Assembly: GCA_043822705.1 (NCBI GenBank)
Contig: JBDRBK010000084.1
Span: 1-26,367 of the forward strand
DNA length: 26,367 nucleotides
Direction: 5' to 3'
Source: Fidelibacterota bacterium
Lineage (GTDB): Bacteria; Fidelibacterota; Marinisomatia; Marinisomatales; TCS56
Shown here one piece after another: positions 9,501-19,798 of this stretch (position 1 is its first letter; every line of letters begins with the position of its first letter). The translations under genes and the position numbers were made by a program. Under the pieces are notes generated by a model. It was given only the letters and a program-made list of their open reading frames with translations. It did not search any database and was not told where the DNA came from.

Positions 9501-11226
9501 CCGAGCCGGTGATTGTTGCACCGGTCAGCGGTTCGGCTACCACGAGGTTTTTCACGGTTCGCAACTGATCATCCGTGAAGGCATGATAGCGGTTTCTTTC
9601 CGCCCCCGGGAAATCCTGGAAAATGATATTGAACTGATTCTGCCCGGCATCATCAAGCACTACAAAATCCTGTAACCGTGATAGATTTTCCTTGAATAGC
9701 CAGATATCCGGACTGGAAAAACCAGTAACTTCAAACTGAGTGACCACGGGTGTGTCACTGGCGCGGGTGAAAACGATCTGATCGGCGGTGGCCCGGTACA
9801 GGCGGTCGTAAGTAATTTCGACCCAGTTCAAATATACCTGATCGTAGAGGTTGGTTGGATCATCGCCTTCCAGTGTAATCAGCAGTCCATTGGCCCCATC
9901 AGTTAAATAATTATTAAGTAGCACCTTATTGGGGTCGGAAGATATTATTTGGGCCTGCTGGCCGGTCCAGCGTGCATCGGCTACCTGGTAATTGTTGAGA
10001 AACGCCTGGAGTGCATGTTCGCCATTGGTTATCCCCTGGATTTCCATTTTTACCTGGAATTTACTGGCGGTAGTCGAGCGCGGTCCGGGCAGGAACAGAT
10101 CGAATTGCCGGGAGGTACCGCCGTTGATCGGTGGTTCCATGAAGAAATGGTCGAATGTATCCCATTGCTGATGGGTGCCCATGCTGCCCAACCGGGCGAA
10201 ATATTCATCGCGTTCGATATGCTCGGTATGACGAAAACTGGGCGGTTGCAGTACTTGGTTTTCCGGCAGGTCGGGGTAGGCGCTCTCGGCAATGTAGCGC
10301 AGTCCCGGTTCGCCGCCCCAAGTCAGCCAGTAAACATTTTCGTTGGTATAGAAATTATTTTGATAGGGCGCTTCGGCCGGGGGCGGATTTTTTTCGCCAT
10401 AGAAAATTATCCGGTCGTTCCGGTTGAATTCACCGGCGGTCTGGCCCTCGACATAGATCAATATCTCGCGGTCGGCGTTCCACAGCCGGAAAGTGGCCGG
10501 ATCGACATTCCTGATGCTTAGCCCGCTGTCGACCAGAGTCGAACGCGGCAGGCTGTACCAACCAGTTGTGTCAATCGTGATCCGGACGAGATTGGCGGAG
10601 AACTGGTACGCTGGCGTACTGGTCGTGCGGGTCAGGGTTGGTAGTTGGCGTCGGGGCAGATCACTCAGATTGATCTGCGATAAAAGTACCGGCGTAGTCG
10701 TAGCCGGCTCGCTCCAGGTCAGCTTCACTGAAATGTTTTTATGCCAGATCAGTTCACCCGCCACAATCAGAACCGGGTTGACCCGGAGTATACTGCTGGT
10801 ATGGCCCCGTATCCGGCCGGCGTCGGTCAACTGGACGTTGACTGCGGGGTAGGGCGAACCATTCCAGGTTGGCCCGGCGACGGTATATTCGATTCCTTTG
10901 GCCTGTTCCTGGAGTGTTACCACAGGTACTAACCCGGAAATAGTATGGGCGGCATCAGTGAAGAATTCCACTGTCGCATCGGGTGGCACGCCGACGATTA
11001 CCTCGGCAACTACCGGCATTGCCGGATATCCCGGTACCAGCGACTGTTCCAGGGCCGGCGCGGTGATTATCTCCGACTGGTTTTTAATGAAGACGGTATC
11101 GATAGCAACTTCCAGAACCAGCAGGCCGGGGCGATTCATTACGATTTGCATAACCGGCTGGGCCGGCAGAATTGATGCAATGAGCAGACAGTAAATTAAC
11201 TGCTTGATAATTGTTACTAATCGCAT
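6568..11226 (-). CDS. C25-family (gingipain-like) cysteine peptidase with PorU-like architecture and C-terminal sorting domain
   Basis: Signal peptide; propeptide-like PGYPAMPV region; IIFYG...YTNENVYWLTW; IAIGRLPA; catalytic His in FLGHGG and Cys in SMTCHTG; NLSGDPAL; C-terminus NFPNPF...IYTVDGRRIR...WDGRD..GD.VANGVYFY. Confidence 0.88.
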   Translation of the reverse strand: MRLVTIIKQLIYCLLIASILPAQPVMQIVMNRPGLLVLEVAIDTVFIKNQSEIITAPALEQSLVPGYPAMPVVAEVIVGVPPDATVEFFTDAAHTISGLVPVVTLQEQAKGIEYTVAGPTWNGSPYPAVNVQLTDAGRIRGHTSSILRVNPVLIVAGELIWHKNISVKLTWSEPATTTPVLLSQINLSDLPRRQLPTLTRTTSTPAYQFSANLVRITIDTTGWYSLPRSTLVDSGLSIRNVDPATFRLWNADREILIYVEGQTAGEFNRNDRIIFYGEKNPPPAEAPYQNNFYTNENVYWLTWGGEPGLRYIAESAYPDLPENQVLQPPSFRHTEHIERDEYFARLGSMGTHQQWDTFDHFFMEPPINGGTSRQFDLFLPGPRSTTASKFQVKMEIQGITNGEHALQAFLNNYQVADARWTGQQAQIISSDPNKVLLNNYLTDGANGLLITLEGDDPTNLYDQVYLNWVEITYDRLYRATADQIVFTRASDTPVVTQFEVTGFSSPDIWLFKENLSRLQDFVVLDDAGQNQFNIIFQDFPGAERNRYHAFTDDQLRTVKNLVVAEPLTGATITGSAPYLILAPDSFFTTLEPLVEIHNGLAVNIDEVYRRYSHGRLSPYAINEFLKDIYYNWPEPLQTVLIAMQGDQLGWQRSSVFRNNFIPSMKIQTVKWGAAAADFWYTLIDDDLLPEIAIGRLPARDIPELEQMVAKTLTLLESAPRNWHDQVLMIAGYNNTFKEQSEMLISNILDRGIFPIRLNIDQYSVGGLYYGNTDSLLQYFSRGLLYINFLGHGGGAVWGDRSIFTLEDVSYLDNKCKTPFVTSMTCHTGDVTNPNALGRRLMSYDNGGVAAWFGSAGVGWIINDYLLLQPIHKHLFETPGIPFGQLINQAKIEYYLTNSAFPDIAKSQIYQFNLSGDPALTLPFYDQSSIAISSNNPEPGETISIQPPDSPCDSLRILLFDDDRNPPTKYPQTIEISADQKYYYNLADTLRPGNYTLVASWQAGGRGYRASAPLTVSGSYAVVREILPVNPTFRDSLWLTAQVSDRQGIAAVRLLINSNDYAGLVDAGGETYQLAQPLPPFAAGTTLNFRCRVTDSTGQVSLGPEKTIIIRDLPQVKLVGLTLKTENDLQLAAQVQNTSIGVGTVTVRFQRRDGNNWLESGADTIQFAGAGLLPAQTRCALPAGRNTIRAIATAETGNDTLSTELLTDAFWLTGPLGSTTDRLNHSVVGVDGIEVEIAPGATAADMVLKISDLNTPVIPRQPDLAAVRVDTLRLGVELFCTAEISADISWKLPATLPDSVKLFTWYPEREIWLPVLNVIATGDRIGFTASAPGRFAFLTSRDVTRPCLEAAINGQRFLRDSYLNSTPLISLVGQDDNGIDHRSSAFTVWINQQKIAAPAITVMSGQSNQLGLQYSPILSRTDTSMAIVAHDASGNASDTLQLKFIVREKLELIDYGNFPNPFTDQTRFAYELTESVDDFHLDIYTVDGRRIRRLTGGSTLTDLDPRAGAYHEIIWDGRDRSGDFVANGVYFYQIKVTKGKTTIEKRGKIAKAR

Positions 11227-11309
11227 GTACTAATATATTACGTGGTTATGATTCGAACAAAGTAGCTAACGACTCGTCTGCAACCGGCTGCTGGGCCAGC
11301 ATCGATTTT

Positions 11310-12314
11310 TCAGCGGTCGATGAATTCATGCACCACCGCCACGAACCGTTGCATTTCACAGCCGGGAGCCAGATGACCGCAATCATTGTCGAATATCAGT
11401 GTTTCAGCCCCCAGCATTCTCGCCAGTTCCAGCGCCGGTCCGGGATTAACCAGATGATCCTGCCGCGAAACAATGATCAGCAGGTCGGCCGCGATCACTT
11501 CCGCTGCCAGTGCCTTGGATGAGTCTAGTGCAGCGGTTATGTCGTGACTCATCATCGCCCGCAGTTGGGCGGCCCAATCGTCAATCCGGAAATTCCGGGC
11601 GAAGCGGGTGCTGTAATCATTGCGAAACTCGGTCACTTCGTTGCTTTTCGTCATCCGGTTGCGGTAATCCGGTGTATAGGCATTCACGACCTGTATCAGG
11701 GCTACCTGTTCGGTAGTTACCGCCAGCGGCAAATCATATTTACGCCCGATTTCGATCGCCAGCAATTCCATTTCCCAGACCAGGCGGCCGTAGGCTGTCT
11801 GCCAGGGCGCGCCCACATACGGCACGGCCTTATCCATGAAATCAGGGTAGGAAACCAGCCATTGAAAAGTCTGCATTCCGCCCATGGAGCCACCAACGAT
11901 GCAGTGCAGATGCCGGATATCAAGTACTTCGGTCAATGCTCGATACTGACTATTGACCATGTCACGGATGGTAAACAACGGGAATTGTTCACCGGGCTGA
12001 AACTGACTGTTGGAAGGTGAAGATGAAACACCATCACCAAGGGCATCGATTGCAATGACAAAATACCTGGTGCTGTCTATCAGCTTATCCGGGCCTACCA
12101 GATTGCCAAGATGTTCGCTGGTGCCGCCAAACCAGGTAGGGAACAGAATGACGTTGGATTTTTCCTGATTGAGCTGGCCGTAAGTGCGGTAACCAATCCG
12201 GCAATCCCGGATGGTTTCGCCGTTCTCCAACGAGAAATCTCCTAATTCGGCATACTGTTGCCCGGCAATCAGAAAGGTCGATAGTACTAATGCAAAACGC
12301 AGGTATCGCAGCAT
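11310..12314 (-). CDS. Alpha/beta hydrolase of the homoserine O-acetyltransferase (MetX)-like family, with apparent signal peptide
   Basis: GDFSLENG..I....IGYRTYG.LN..KSNVIL, YFVI..D.LG.G.SSSP, FP.FTIRDMV..Q, nucleophile GGSMGGMQ, Asp in QDHLV, His in GHLA. Confidence 0.85.
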   Translation of the reverse strand: MLRYLRFALVLSTFLIAGQQYAELGDFSLENGETIRDCRIGYRTYGQLNQEKSNVILFPTWFGGTSEHLGNLVGPDKLIDSTRYFVIAIDALGDGVSSSPSNSQFQPGEQFPLFTIRDMVNSQYRALTEVLDIRHLHCIVGGSMGGMQTFQWLVSYPDFMDKAVPYVGAPWQTAYGRLVWEMELLAIEIGRKYDLPLAVTTEQVALIQVVNAYTPDYRNRMTKSNEVTEFRNDYSTRFARNFRIDDWAAQLRAMMSHDITAALDSSKALAAEVIAADLLIIVSRQDHLVNPGPALELARMLGAETLIFDNDCGHLAPGCEMQRFVAVVHEFIDR

Positions 12315-12405
12315 CGTGTTGGTTGATCCTCGCTAAATAGATTGGTGATGGTGTTAAAAATTAAGCTACCCGGACCAAGTCCCGATGAAAAAAATCAAAA
12401 ATAAT

Positions 12406-12434
12406 TTGACAGTAAAGCTGGTACTGTGTAATAT
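12406..12434 (+). promoter_or_regulatory. Sigma70-type promoter of the ABC/GntR operon
   Basis: Perfect TTGACA at 12406-12411, 17-bp spacer, TAATAT at 12429-12434, with an A-rich UP-like tract upstream. Confidence 0.7.
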
Positions 12435-12436
12435 TA

Positions 12437-12462
12437 TAGTGTTCTATTACAATAGTACACTA
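12437..12462. promoter_or_regulatory. Palindromic operator, likely bound by the YtrA-subfamily GntR repressor encoded in the operon
   Basis: TAGTGTTCTATT-AC-AATAGTACACTA: 12-bp arms with one mismatch, overlapping the predicted +1. It resembles the long TGTAnTA...TAnTACA sites of YtrA-type regulators. Confidence 0.75.
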
Positions 12463-12476
12463 AAACTGAGGTACAA

Positions 12477-13334
12477 ATGGTTGGAATTGAAGAATTGAAT
12501 TTTGAATATACCCGAGGACAGAATCTGTTTGAAAAGCTGGTGCTGAATCTGACACCGGGGAATGTCTACGGTCTTTTGGGTAAAAACGGTGCCGGTAAAA
12601 CAACCTTGCTCAAATTGATTGCCGGCTTGCTGTTTCCGTTGAAAGGCCGATGTGACGTGCTGGGATATCGACCGGGCGAACGTTCGCCATTCTTCCTGCG
12701 GGAAATATTTTTCATTCCGGAAGAATTCTACTTGCCGCCAGTCAGGATTGATGAGTATCTGGCCATTTACGGTCCGTTTTATCCCCGGTTTGACCGCGGC
12801 CAATTCGCGACCTATCGCAATAATTTTAACATTCCTGATAATCCGCGGCTTTCAAACCTGTCCTATGGTCAGAAAAAGAAATTCCTGCTGGCCTTTGGTC
12901 TGGCCACCGATTGTCGACTGCTAATCCTGGATGAACCTACCAACGGACTGGATATCCCCACCAAGAGCCAGTTCCGTAAATTACTGGCCGCTTCTCTGAC
13001 CGAAGAAAGAACCTTTTTGATCTCTACGCACCAGGTGCGCGACATGGAGAATCTGATCGATCCGATCATAATTCTGGATGAAGGTGAGATAATATTCCAG
13101 GCTGACATGGCCGAGGTGACCGGCAAACTGATGGTCAAATTGCAAACGGCGGAGCCTGTTGACGATAGTGTGCTGTATCATGAAAAAGTGCTGGGCGGTT
13201 ATGCCGTGATACAACCCAATAGTGAAGGGATCGAAAGTAAAATCGACCTGGAAATTCTTTTCAATGCCATCATTAATAACCGTGACACAATTAAGACTAT
13301 GTTCAACCGGGAGGTGGCACATGTCAACAGCTGA
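12477..13334 (+). CDS. ABC transporter ATP-binding protein (YtrB-like)
   Basis: Walker A GKNGAGKT, signature LSYGQ, Walker B LLILDEPTNGLD, H-loop STH. Confidence 0.95.
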   Translation: MVGIEELNFEYTRGQNLFEKLVLNLTPGNVYGLLGKNGAGKTTLLKLIAGLLFPLKGRCDVLGYRPGERSPFFLREIFFIPEEFYLPPVRIDEYLAIYGPFYPRFDRGQFATYRNNFNIPDNPRLSNLSYGQKKKFLLAFGLATDCRLLILDEPTNGLDIPTKSQFRKLLAASLTEERTFLISTHQVRDMENLIDPIIILDEGEIIFQADMAEVTGKLMVKLQTAEPVDDSVLYHEKVLGGYAVIQPNSEGIESKIDLEILFNAIINNRDTIKTMFNREVAHVNS

Positions 13335-14100
13335 AAAATTCGATCTGAACCGGTTCTGGCACCTGGTTAAAAATGACTTGCTGACTAATTACCGCACGAT
13401 TCTAATTGGCGGCGGAGCGGCGCTGGGACTGCTGTTTTTCATTAATATTATTTCTATACTCAGCGATGGTGAGGTACTGGTTCCGTTGGTTTTTTATCCG
13501 TTGATGTTGTTTATCGGCGGGTATATAGTCACCAGTCTGGCTTTCCAGGATCTGCACCATCCCCAGCGCAGTTATGTGTATTTAACACTGCCGGCTTCCA
13601 ACCTGGAAAAATTTCTCAGTAAACTGGTGTTGACGACAGTAGGTTACATCTTCGGTACGCTGGTCCTGTATTTCCTGTTTTCACTGGTGATGTCGCTGCT
13701 GAACCTGTTGCTCTTCAGCCACGGATACCCCCTGTTCAATCCCTTCGACCGAATAGTCTGGATTACCATTGGTATTTATACCATCACCCAGTCGATTTTC
13801 ATGCTGGGAGCGGCCTATTTCAGAAAAAATGCCCTTATCAAGACGATCTTTTCGTTGCACGCACTGGCTTTTGCCGTGATTGTATTCACCGGGATTGTCT
13901 TCCGGATCGTATTCTGGGACTTGTTCAACGGTTTTGAATTCAATGCACATGATTTTGATTTTCCCTCGAATATGGCTGAGAAACGCCTGGAGAATTTTTT
14001 CCTGGGATTTGCCGAAGTGATGAAATTCATCTTTTTCTATCTCCTGGCTCCATTTCTGTGGTTGATCACCTATCTCCGGGTCAAGGAAACGGAGGTCTGA
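13321..14100 (+). CDS. ABC-2-type membrane permease-like protein
   Basis: About 6 hydrophobic segments and a YLTLPAS.LEKF motif. ATG at 13321 follows GGAGGT and overlaps the ATPase end; the ORF-track start at 13222 is probably too far upstream. Confidence 0.8.
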   Translation: MSTAEKFDLNRFWHLVKNDLLTNYRTILIGGGAALGLLFFINIISILSDGEVLVPLVFYPLMLFIGGYIVTSLAFQDLHHPQRSYVYLTLPASNLEKFLSKLVLTTVGYIFGTLVLYFLFSLVMSLLNLLLFSHGYPLFNPFDRIVWITIGIYTITQSIFMLGAAYFRKNALIKTIFSLHALAFAVIVFTGIVFRIVFWDLFNGFEFNAHDFDFPSNMAEKRLENFFLGFAEVMKFIFFYLLAPFLWLITYLRVKETEV

Positions 14101-14101
14101 T

Positions 14102-14467
14102 ATGGAATTTCATTCGGATCAGGCGATTTATCTGCAGATTGCCGATTATATCTGTGAACAGATCCTAACCGGAACCTGGGAATCCGGAGCGAAAATTCCT
14201 TCGATCCGGGAACTGGCCGTGGATATTGAAGTGAACCCTAATACGGTTATGCGCACCTATACTTTTCTACAGGAACGCGATATAATTTTCAACCGTCGAG
14301 GTATCGGTTATTTTGTGGCTGACGGGGCGTTGGATCAGACCCGTAAACTGAAACAGGACGAGTTCATTTCCACAGGCCTGCCGCGCTTTTTCAAGACACT
14401 GGATTTGCTGGGGCTTTCCTTTAGTGATTTGGAAAAACTATATCAACAGTACCAGCAGAAACAATAA
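14102..14467 (+). CDS. GntR family transcriptional regulator, YtrA subfamily
   Basis: IYLQIAD...KIPSIRELA....VNPNTVMRTY..L.......RRGIGYFV; 121 aa with a short helical C-terminus. Confidence 0.93.
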   Translation: MEFHSDQAIYLQIADYICEQILTGTWESGAKIPSIRELAVDIEVNPNTVMRTYTFLQERDIIFNRRGIGYFVADGALDQTRKLKQDEFISTGLPRFFKTLDLLGLSFSDLEKLYQQYQQKQ

Positions 14468-14477
14468 TGAGGTTAGT

Positions 14478-15188
14478 ATGAAAATATCCAACAAACTATT
14501 GCGTATTGCCCTGGTGATTCCGTTTCTGGTTATTCTGGTAGTGATTATTTATCTGCGCCTGGCTTTTAATTCCGCCGTCCGGGACGCAGGTGATAATCCG
14601 ACACACTATAGTGATGAAATAATCACCAGCAAATATGATTTTAACGAATTTTCCCGGTTGAAATTCCGTGGTGACTGGCAAATCGCGGTAACCTCCGGTG
14701 ATGACTATCAAATTACTGTCATTGGCCCGGAATACCGGGTTGAGGCGCTCAATATTGAAAAACGAGGCGATCAGCTGCGCTTGACCGAGAGTATCTTCAG
14801 AAAGGGCGGACCGCGTAGGCTGGAGATTGAAATCAGTATGCCCGAACTCACGCAGCTGTCAGCCGATGGGATGTCTAAAATCTACCTTTACGATTTCACT
14901 GCCAAAGAGCTGGAAATCGATTTGAAAGGTGCCGGTCGGTTGATTGGTGATGGCAATAATATTATCGACCTGGAACTGAGCTGCGCCGGCGGTATCGACA
15001 TAGATCTGGCCAATAGTGAAATCACCAATGCTGACATTAATTTGGTAGGCGCGTCCAAAGCTGAACTGAATATGGCTGGAGGCGAACTTACCGGCCATGT
15101 CACCGGAGCTTCTTCGGTGACCTATTACGGCGATGTCCGCGTTCAGGATGTTCGCACGACCGGGGGCTCGTCGGTCAGGAAAAAATGA
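14478..15188 (+). CDS. Membrane-anchored DUF2807 (GIN/head-domain-like beta-solenoid) protein
   Basis: N-terminal TM helix, F..L...G...I.V..G...I.V.G pattern, repeated G.S/G.G beta-solenoid units ending GASSVTYYG..V....TGGSSV. ATG at 14478 follows GAGGT. Confidence 0.72.
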   Translation: MKISNKLLRIALVIPFLVILVVIIYLRLAFNSAVRDAGDNPTHYSDEIITSKYDFNEFSRLKFRGDWQIAVTSGDDYQITVIGPEYRVEALNIEKRGDQLRLTESIFRKGGPRRLEIEISMPELTQLSADGMSKIYLYDFTAKELEIDLKGAGRLIGDGNNIIDLELSCAGGIDIDLANSEITNADINLVGASKAELNMAGGELTGHVTGASSVTYYGDVRVQDVRTTGGSSVRKK

Positions 15189-15192
15189 GCAA

Positions 15193-15226
15193 TGGCCCCG
15201 GAATGGCAGTGGCTGTTACGGGGCCA
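15193..15226 (+). terminator. Stem-loop at the end of the ABC/GntR operon
   Basis: TGGCCCCG (15193-15200) pairs with CGGGGCCA (15219-15226), with further inner pairing, 4 nt after the stop codon. No immediate U-tract. Confidence 0.45.
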
Positions 15227-15462
15227 CCGGATAAATTTCGGATACATTCTTTTATCACATATTTTATTCGCTTTAGATTTGCAGCCGACTCTGATGAATA
15301 AAAACGTCAAAACAGGCTCTTCGAATCGACCGGCAACCGGCTTATTTGCTTTATATAAAAGATGAAGGCTGATTTCCCGTTTCGCCGGTTACTGATCAAA
15401 ATCAGACTCATTCAACCAATTTTATCTCCGCAATCTCCCGCAAATTTGGAAATTACCGGATA

Positions 15463-16575
15463 GTGAATAGATCCATACCGGCGGTTCTGCTCCTGGAAGA
15501 TGGTCGTTTCTTCAATGGTTACTCTTTCGGTGCGACTGGTGAAGCAGTCGGCGAAGTGTGCTTCAACACCAGCTTCAGCGGTTATCAGGAAATCCTGACC
15601 GACCCTTCATATCGACGCCAGATCGTCACCATGACCTCGCCCCATATCGGCAACTACGGAGTCAATTCGGATGATGTGGAATCCGGGCGGATCCAGGTCG
15701 CGGGATTGATCGTGCGCGAACTGACCGACGAACCGTCCAATTGGCGCTCCACCGGCAAGTTGAATGATTACCTGAAGGATCAGAATATTGTCGGTCTGCA
15801 GGGACTGGACACGCGAGCTCTGACTCGTCATATCCGTGACTGCGGCGCCATGAACGGCATTATCTCCACTGTCAATCTCGATCCTTCCGCTCTTACGGAA
15901 AAACTGGCGGCGGTAACGCCGATGACCGGCCTGGACCTGGCCGCCGAAGTGACCTGCGAGTCGGCCTACGCCTGGCCGGTGGGCGCGAATCAAGTGCTGC
16001 CGCGCTACCGGGTTATAGCCATCGATTTCGGTATCAAATACAATATTCTGCGCCTGCTGGCGGAACGCGGTTGCGATGTTACCATCTTACCGGCCAGCGC
16101 ATCGGCCACGGACATTCTGGCCGCACGGCCCGATGGCGTGTTCCTTTCCAATGGCCCCGGCGATCCGGCGGCGGTGGATTATGCGATCGCTACCGTCCGG
16201 TCGTTGCTGGGGCGGGTGCCGCTGTTCGGCATCTGCCTGGGGCACCAGATCCTGGCGCTGGCGCTGGGTTGCAAAACCTTCAAATTGAAATTCGGTCACC
16301 GCGGTAGCAATCACCCGGTCAAGGATTTGATGCGTGGGATCGTCGAAATTACCAGCCAGAATCACGGCTTCGCCGTTGCCGGTGATTCCCTGCCGGAAGC
16401 GGTATCGCTGACTCATATCAACCTCAATGATAATACGGTCGAAGGCTTGGCCTGCCGCGACCTGCCTGCGTTTTCGGTCCAGTACCACCCGGAAGCCAGT
16501 CCCGGACCGCATGATTCCCGCTACCTGTTTGACCGTTTTATTAATCTGATGAAAAATTTCGCTGGCGGAGCCTGA
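15463..16575 (+). CDS. carA: Carbamoyl-phosphate synthase small subunit
   Basis: [27 protein letters not shown], catalytic [26 protein letters not shown]. Confidence 0.98.
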   Translation: MNRSIPAVLLLEDGRFFNGYSFGATGEAVGEVCFNTSFSGYQEILTDPSYRRQIVTMTSPHIGNYGVNSDDVESGRIQVAGLIVRELTDEPSNWRSTGKLNDYLKDQNIVGLQGLDTRALTRHIRDCGAMNGIISTVNLDPSALTEKLAAVTPMTGLDLAAEVTCESAYAWPVGANQVLPRYRVIAIDFGIKYNILRLLAERGCDVTILPASASATDILAARPDGVFLSNGPGDPAAVDYAIATVRSLLGRVPLFGICLGHQILALALGCKTFKLKFGHRGSNHPVKDLMRGIVEITSQNHGFAVAGDSLPEAVSLTHINLNDNTVEGLACRDLPAFSVQYHPEASPGPHDSRYLFDRFINLMKNFAGGA

Positions 16576-16578
16576 GCC

Positions 16579-19500
16579 ATGCCGAAGCGAACCGACCTGC
16601 AATCGATTCTGATCATCGGCGCCGGACCGATCGTCATCGGCCAGGGTTGCGAATTCGACTATTCCGGCACCCAGGCGGTGCGGGCCCTGAAAGAGGAAGG
16701 CTACCGGGTGATCCTGGTGAATTCCAACCCGGCCACGATCATGACCGACCCGGACTTGGCCGACCGGACCTATATCGAGCCAATTACCGCCGAATATGTG
16801 GAAGCGATCATTGCCCGCGAACGACCCGATGCCATCCTGCCGACGGTGGGCGGCCAGGTGGCCCTCAACCTGGCTCAGGAACTGGAACAGACCGGCGTCC
16901 TGGAACGGTATGGCGTGGAATTGATCGGCGCCAACAGTGCTGCAATTCGTTGCGGCGAGGACCGCGAACAATTCCAGCAGACTATGGAAAAAGCTGGTCT
17001 GCCGATGGCACATGGTGGATTGGCTCGGTCGGTGGCGGATGCGGAGACGCTGCTGGAAAAATTGAATTTTCCTATAATTCTTCGACCGTCGTTTACCCTG
17101 GGTGGGACCGGCGGCGGCATCGCCTACAACACCGAGGAATATGGCGAACTGGTCAGCAAGGCGCTGGCGGCCAGTCCGGTGCACGAAGTGCTGATCGAAG
17201 AATCGCTGCTGGGTTGGAAGGAATACGAACTGGAGGTGGTGCGGGATCGGGCGGATAACGCCATCGTGATTTGTTCAATCGAGAATGTCGATCCCATGGG
17301 GGTCCATACCGGCGATTCGGTGACGGTGGCCCCGGCCATGACCCTGAGCGACCGCGAGTACCAGCAGATGCGGAACTGGGCTTTGACCTGCCTGCGGGTG
17401 GTGGGGGTCGAGACCGGTGGGTCCAACGTGCAGTTCGCCGTCAATCCGGCCGATGGCCGGATGGTGGTGGTGGAAATGAATCCCCGGGTCAGTCGCAGCT
17501 CGGCCCTGGCCTCCAAGGCCACCGGTTTTCCGATCGCCAAGGTGGCGGCTAAACTGGCGGTAGGTTACACCCTGGATGAACTGCCCAACGATATCACCGG
17601 CCAGACCCTGGCCGCTTTCGAACCGGCCATCGATTATGTAGTGGTGAAAATACCGCGCTTCGATTTTGAAAAATTTTCCTCGGTGTCCGGTATTCTGGGC
17701 GTGCAGATGCAATCGGTAGGCGAAGTAATGGCGATCGGCCGGACGTTCCGTGAAGCGCTCCAGAAGGCACTGCGGTCACTGGAGGTCGGTCTGGACGGAC
17801 TGGAATCGAAACTGCCGGCCGAAGGCGATCCCGCCGCCAGCCGGGCGCGGCCGCTGGACCTGACTAAGCTGCGATTTCCCACGGCTTTCCGGTTACTGAA
17901 GATCTGGCAGGCTTTCAGAGCGGGCCAGGCTGTTGTCGATATTCACCAGCGCACCGGGATCGATCCCTGGTTTCTACGGCAATTGCGGGAACTCGCCGCC
18001 ACCGATGATTTTAGTCAGGATGCCGAGCGCCTGCGGCAACTGAAGCAAGATGGTTTTTCCGACCGGCAGCTGTCCCGCCGTTTCGGCCTGACTGAAATGG
18101 AGGTCCGCCGGTTGCGCCGGGATCTGGGTGTGCTGCCGACCTATAAAGTAGTGGATACCTGCGCCGCCGAATTCGTCGCCCGGACGCCCTACTGCTATTC
18201 CACCTACGAAGAGGAAAACGAAATCACTCCACTGGCCGGAAAAAAGGCGATTATTCTTGGTGGCGGTCCCAACCGCATCGGGCAGGGGATCGAATTCGAT
18301 TACTGTTGTGTACAGGCGGTGTTCGGCCTGCGGGAAATGGGTTACCAGACGATCATGGTCAACTGCAATCCCGAGACCGTTTCCACCGATTTCGATCTGG
18401 TGGACCGACTGTATTTCGAACCGGTCACGCTGGAAGATGTTCTGAATATCATCGATTTCGAAAAACCGGACGGGGTACTGATCCAGTTCGGCGGCCAGAC
18501 GCCCCTGAAAATAGCGCAGGCTTTGACCGCAGCCGGCGTTCCGATTATGGGCACATCGGCGTCCAATATCGACCTGGCCGAAGACCGGGAAAAATTCGGC
18601 AAGCTGCTGGACCGGCTACAGGTAAACCGTCCCGATTACGGCACCGGCCTCAACCTGGAAGAAGTCGTGAAAGTGGCTGAGCGAATCGGCTACCCGGTGC
18701 TGGTGCGCCCCAGCTATGTGCTGGGCGGCCGGGCCATGGAAATCGTCTATTCCACCGATCAACTGGTGGACTATATCGCCCGTTCCGCCGACGTCACCGC
18801 CGGTCACCCGATTCTGGTGGATGAGTTTCTGGAAGATGCCTTCGAATTCGACGTGGATGCCCTTTGCGATGGTGAACAGGTCTATGTCGGCGGCATTCTG
18901 CAGCATATCGAAGAGGCCGGCATTCATTCCGGTGACTCGGCCTGTGTGCTGCCGCCCTACCAGATAACCAATCAGGCCATGGATGAAATTACCCGGACGG
19001 TCCGGCAATTGGCGCTGGAATTGAAAGTCGTCGGGTTGATTAATTATCAGTTTGCCTACAAGGACCAGACCGTCTACATCCTGGAGGTTAATCCCCGGGC
19101 CAGTCGTACGACACCATTCGTAAGTAAGGCCCGTGGCGTACCGCTGGCCAAAATCGCCGCCCAACTGGCAGCCGGCAGAAAATTGGCGGAATACGATTTG
19201 CCGGCCTGGGATTCGTTCCAGCATGTGGCGGTGAAGGAAGTGGTCCTGCCGTTCAACAAATTCCCGGAGGAGCGCGTGTTTCTGGGGCCGGAAATGAAAT
19301 CGACCGGGGAGGTAATGGGCCTGGCTCGCTCTTTGGGTAACGCTTTCTCCCGCGCGCTGTTGAGCGCCGGTTATACCCTGCCGGACCAGGGGACGATCTT
19401 TATTTCGGTCAACGACCGCGATAAAATGACCGTGATCCCGATTGCCCGGGACTGGGCCGAGCTGGGCTTCCGGATTGTGGCTACCGCCGGTACGGCCAGC

Positions 19501-19776
19501 GTGCTGAACCGCAACGGCCTGCCGGCCGAGCCGATCCACAAGGTCGGCCAGGGGCGGCCCAATGTGGTCGATATGATCAAGAACAAGGAAATCCAACTGA
19601 TAATCAACACGCCCCTGGGAAAACGGGCGCGTTACGATGAGGAAGCCATCGGCCAGGCTGCCATCAGATATAGTGTTCCGATATTTACTACGCTTTCCGC
19701 CGCCCAGGCCGCGGTGCGGGCCGTTCGCGCCAAAGGCACCGCCACGGTACGACCTTTGCAGGATTATTATTCGTAA
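16579..19776 (+). CDS. carB: Carbamoyl-phosphate synthase large subunit
   Basis: [28 protein letters not shown], duplicated ATP-grasp halves ([27 protein letters not shown]), C-terminal MGS domain. Confidence 0.98.
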   Translation: MPKRTDLQSILIIGAGPIVIGQGCEFDYSGTQAVRALKEEGYRVILVNSNPATIMTDPDLADRTYIEPITAEYVEAIIARERPDAILPTVGGQVALNLAQELEQTGVLERYGVELIGANSAAIRCGEDREQFQQTMEKAGLPMAHGGLARSVADAETLLEKLNFPIILRPSFTLGGTGGGIAYNTEEYGELVSKALAASPVHEVLIEESLLGWKEYELEVVRDRADNAIVICSIENVDPMGVHTGDSVTVAPAMTLSDREYQQMRNWALTCLRVVGVETGGSNVQFAVNPADGRMVVVEMNPRVSRSSALASKATGFPIAKVAAKLAVGYTLDELPNDITGQTLAAFEPAIDYVVVKIPRFDFEKFSSVSGILGVQMQSVGEVMAIGRTFREALQKALRSLEVGLDGLESKLPAEGDPAASRARPLDLTKLRFPTAFRLLKIWQAFRAGQAVVDIHQRTGIDPWFLRQLRELAATDDFSQDAERLRQLKQDGFSDRQLSRRFGLTEMEVRRLRRDLGVLPTYKVVDTCAAEFVARTPYCYSTYEEENEITPLAGKKAIILGGGPNRIGQGIEFDYCCVQAVFGLREMGYQTIMVNCNPETVSTDFDLVDRLYFEPVTLEDVLNIIDFEKPDGVLIQFGGQTPLKIAQALTAAGVPIMGTSASNIDLAEDREKFGKLLDRLQVNRPDYGTGLNLEEVVKVAERIGYPVLVRPSYVLGGRAMEIVYSTDQLVDYIARSADVTAGHPILVDEFLEDAFEFDVDALCDGEQVYVGGILQHIEEAGIHSGDSACVLPPYQITNQAMDEITRTVRQLALELKVVGLINYQFAYKDQTVYILEVNPRASRTTPFVSKARGVPLAKIAAQLAAGRKLAEYDLPAWDSFQHVAVKEVVLPFNKFPEERVFLGPEMKSTGEVMGLARSLGNAFSRALLSAGYTLPDQGTIFISVNDRDKMTVIPIARDWAELGFRIVATAGTASVLNRNGLPAEPIHKVGQGRPNVVDMIKNKEIQLIINTPLGKRARYDEEAIGQAAIRYSVPIFTTLSAAQAAVRAVRAKGTATVRPLQDYYS

Positions 19777-19798
19777 GTTAATCTGAATTAGCCGAATT

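Noticed and set aside
15227..15462. ARG box, PyrR attenuator or riboswitch upstream of carA
   Set aside because: TGAATAAAAACGTCA near 15295 only half-matches an ARG box with the wrong spacing, and no PyrR loop or terminator/antiterminator pair was recognised.
16087..19596. Long minus-strand ORFs (365 aa, 326 aa and others)
   Set aside because: Antisense shadows of carA/carB.
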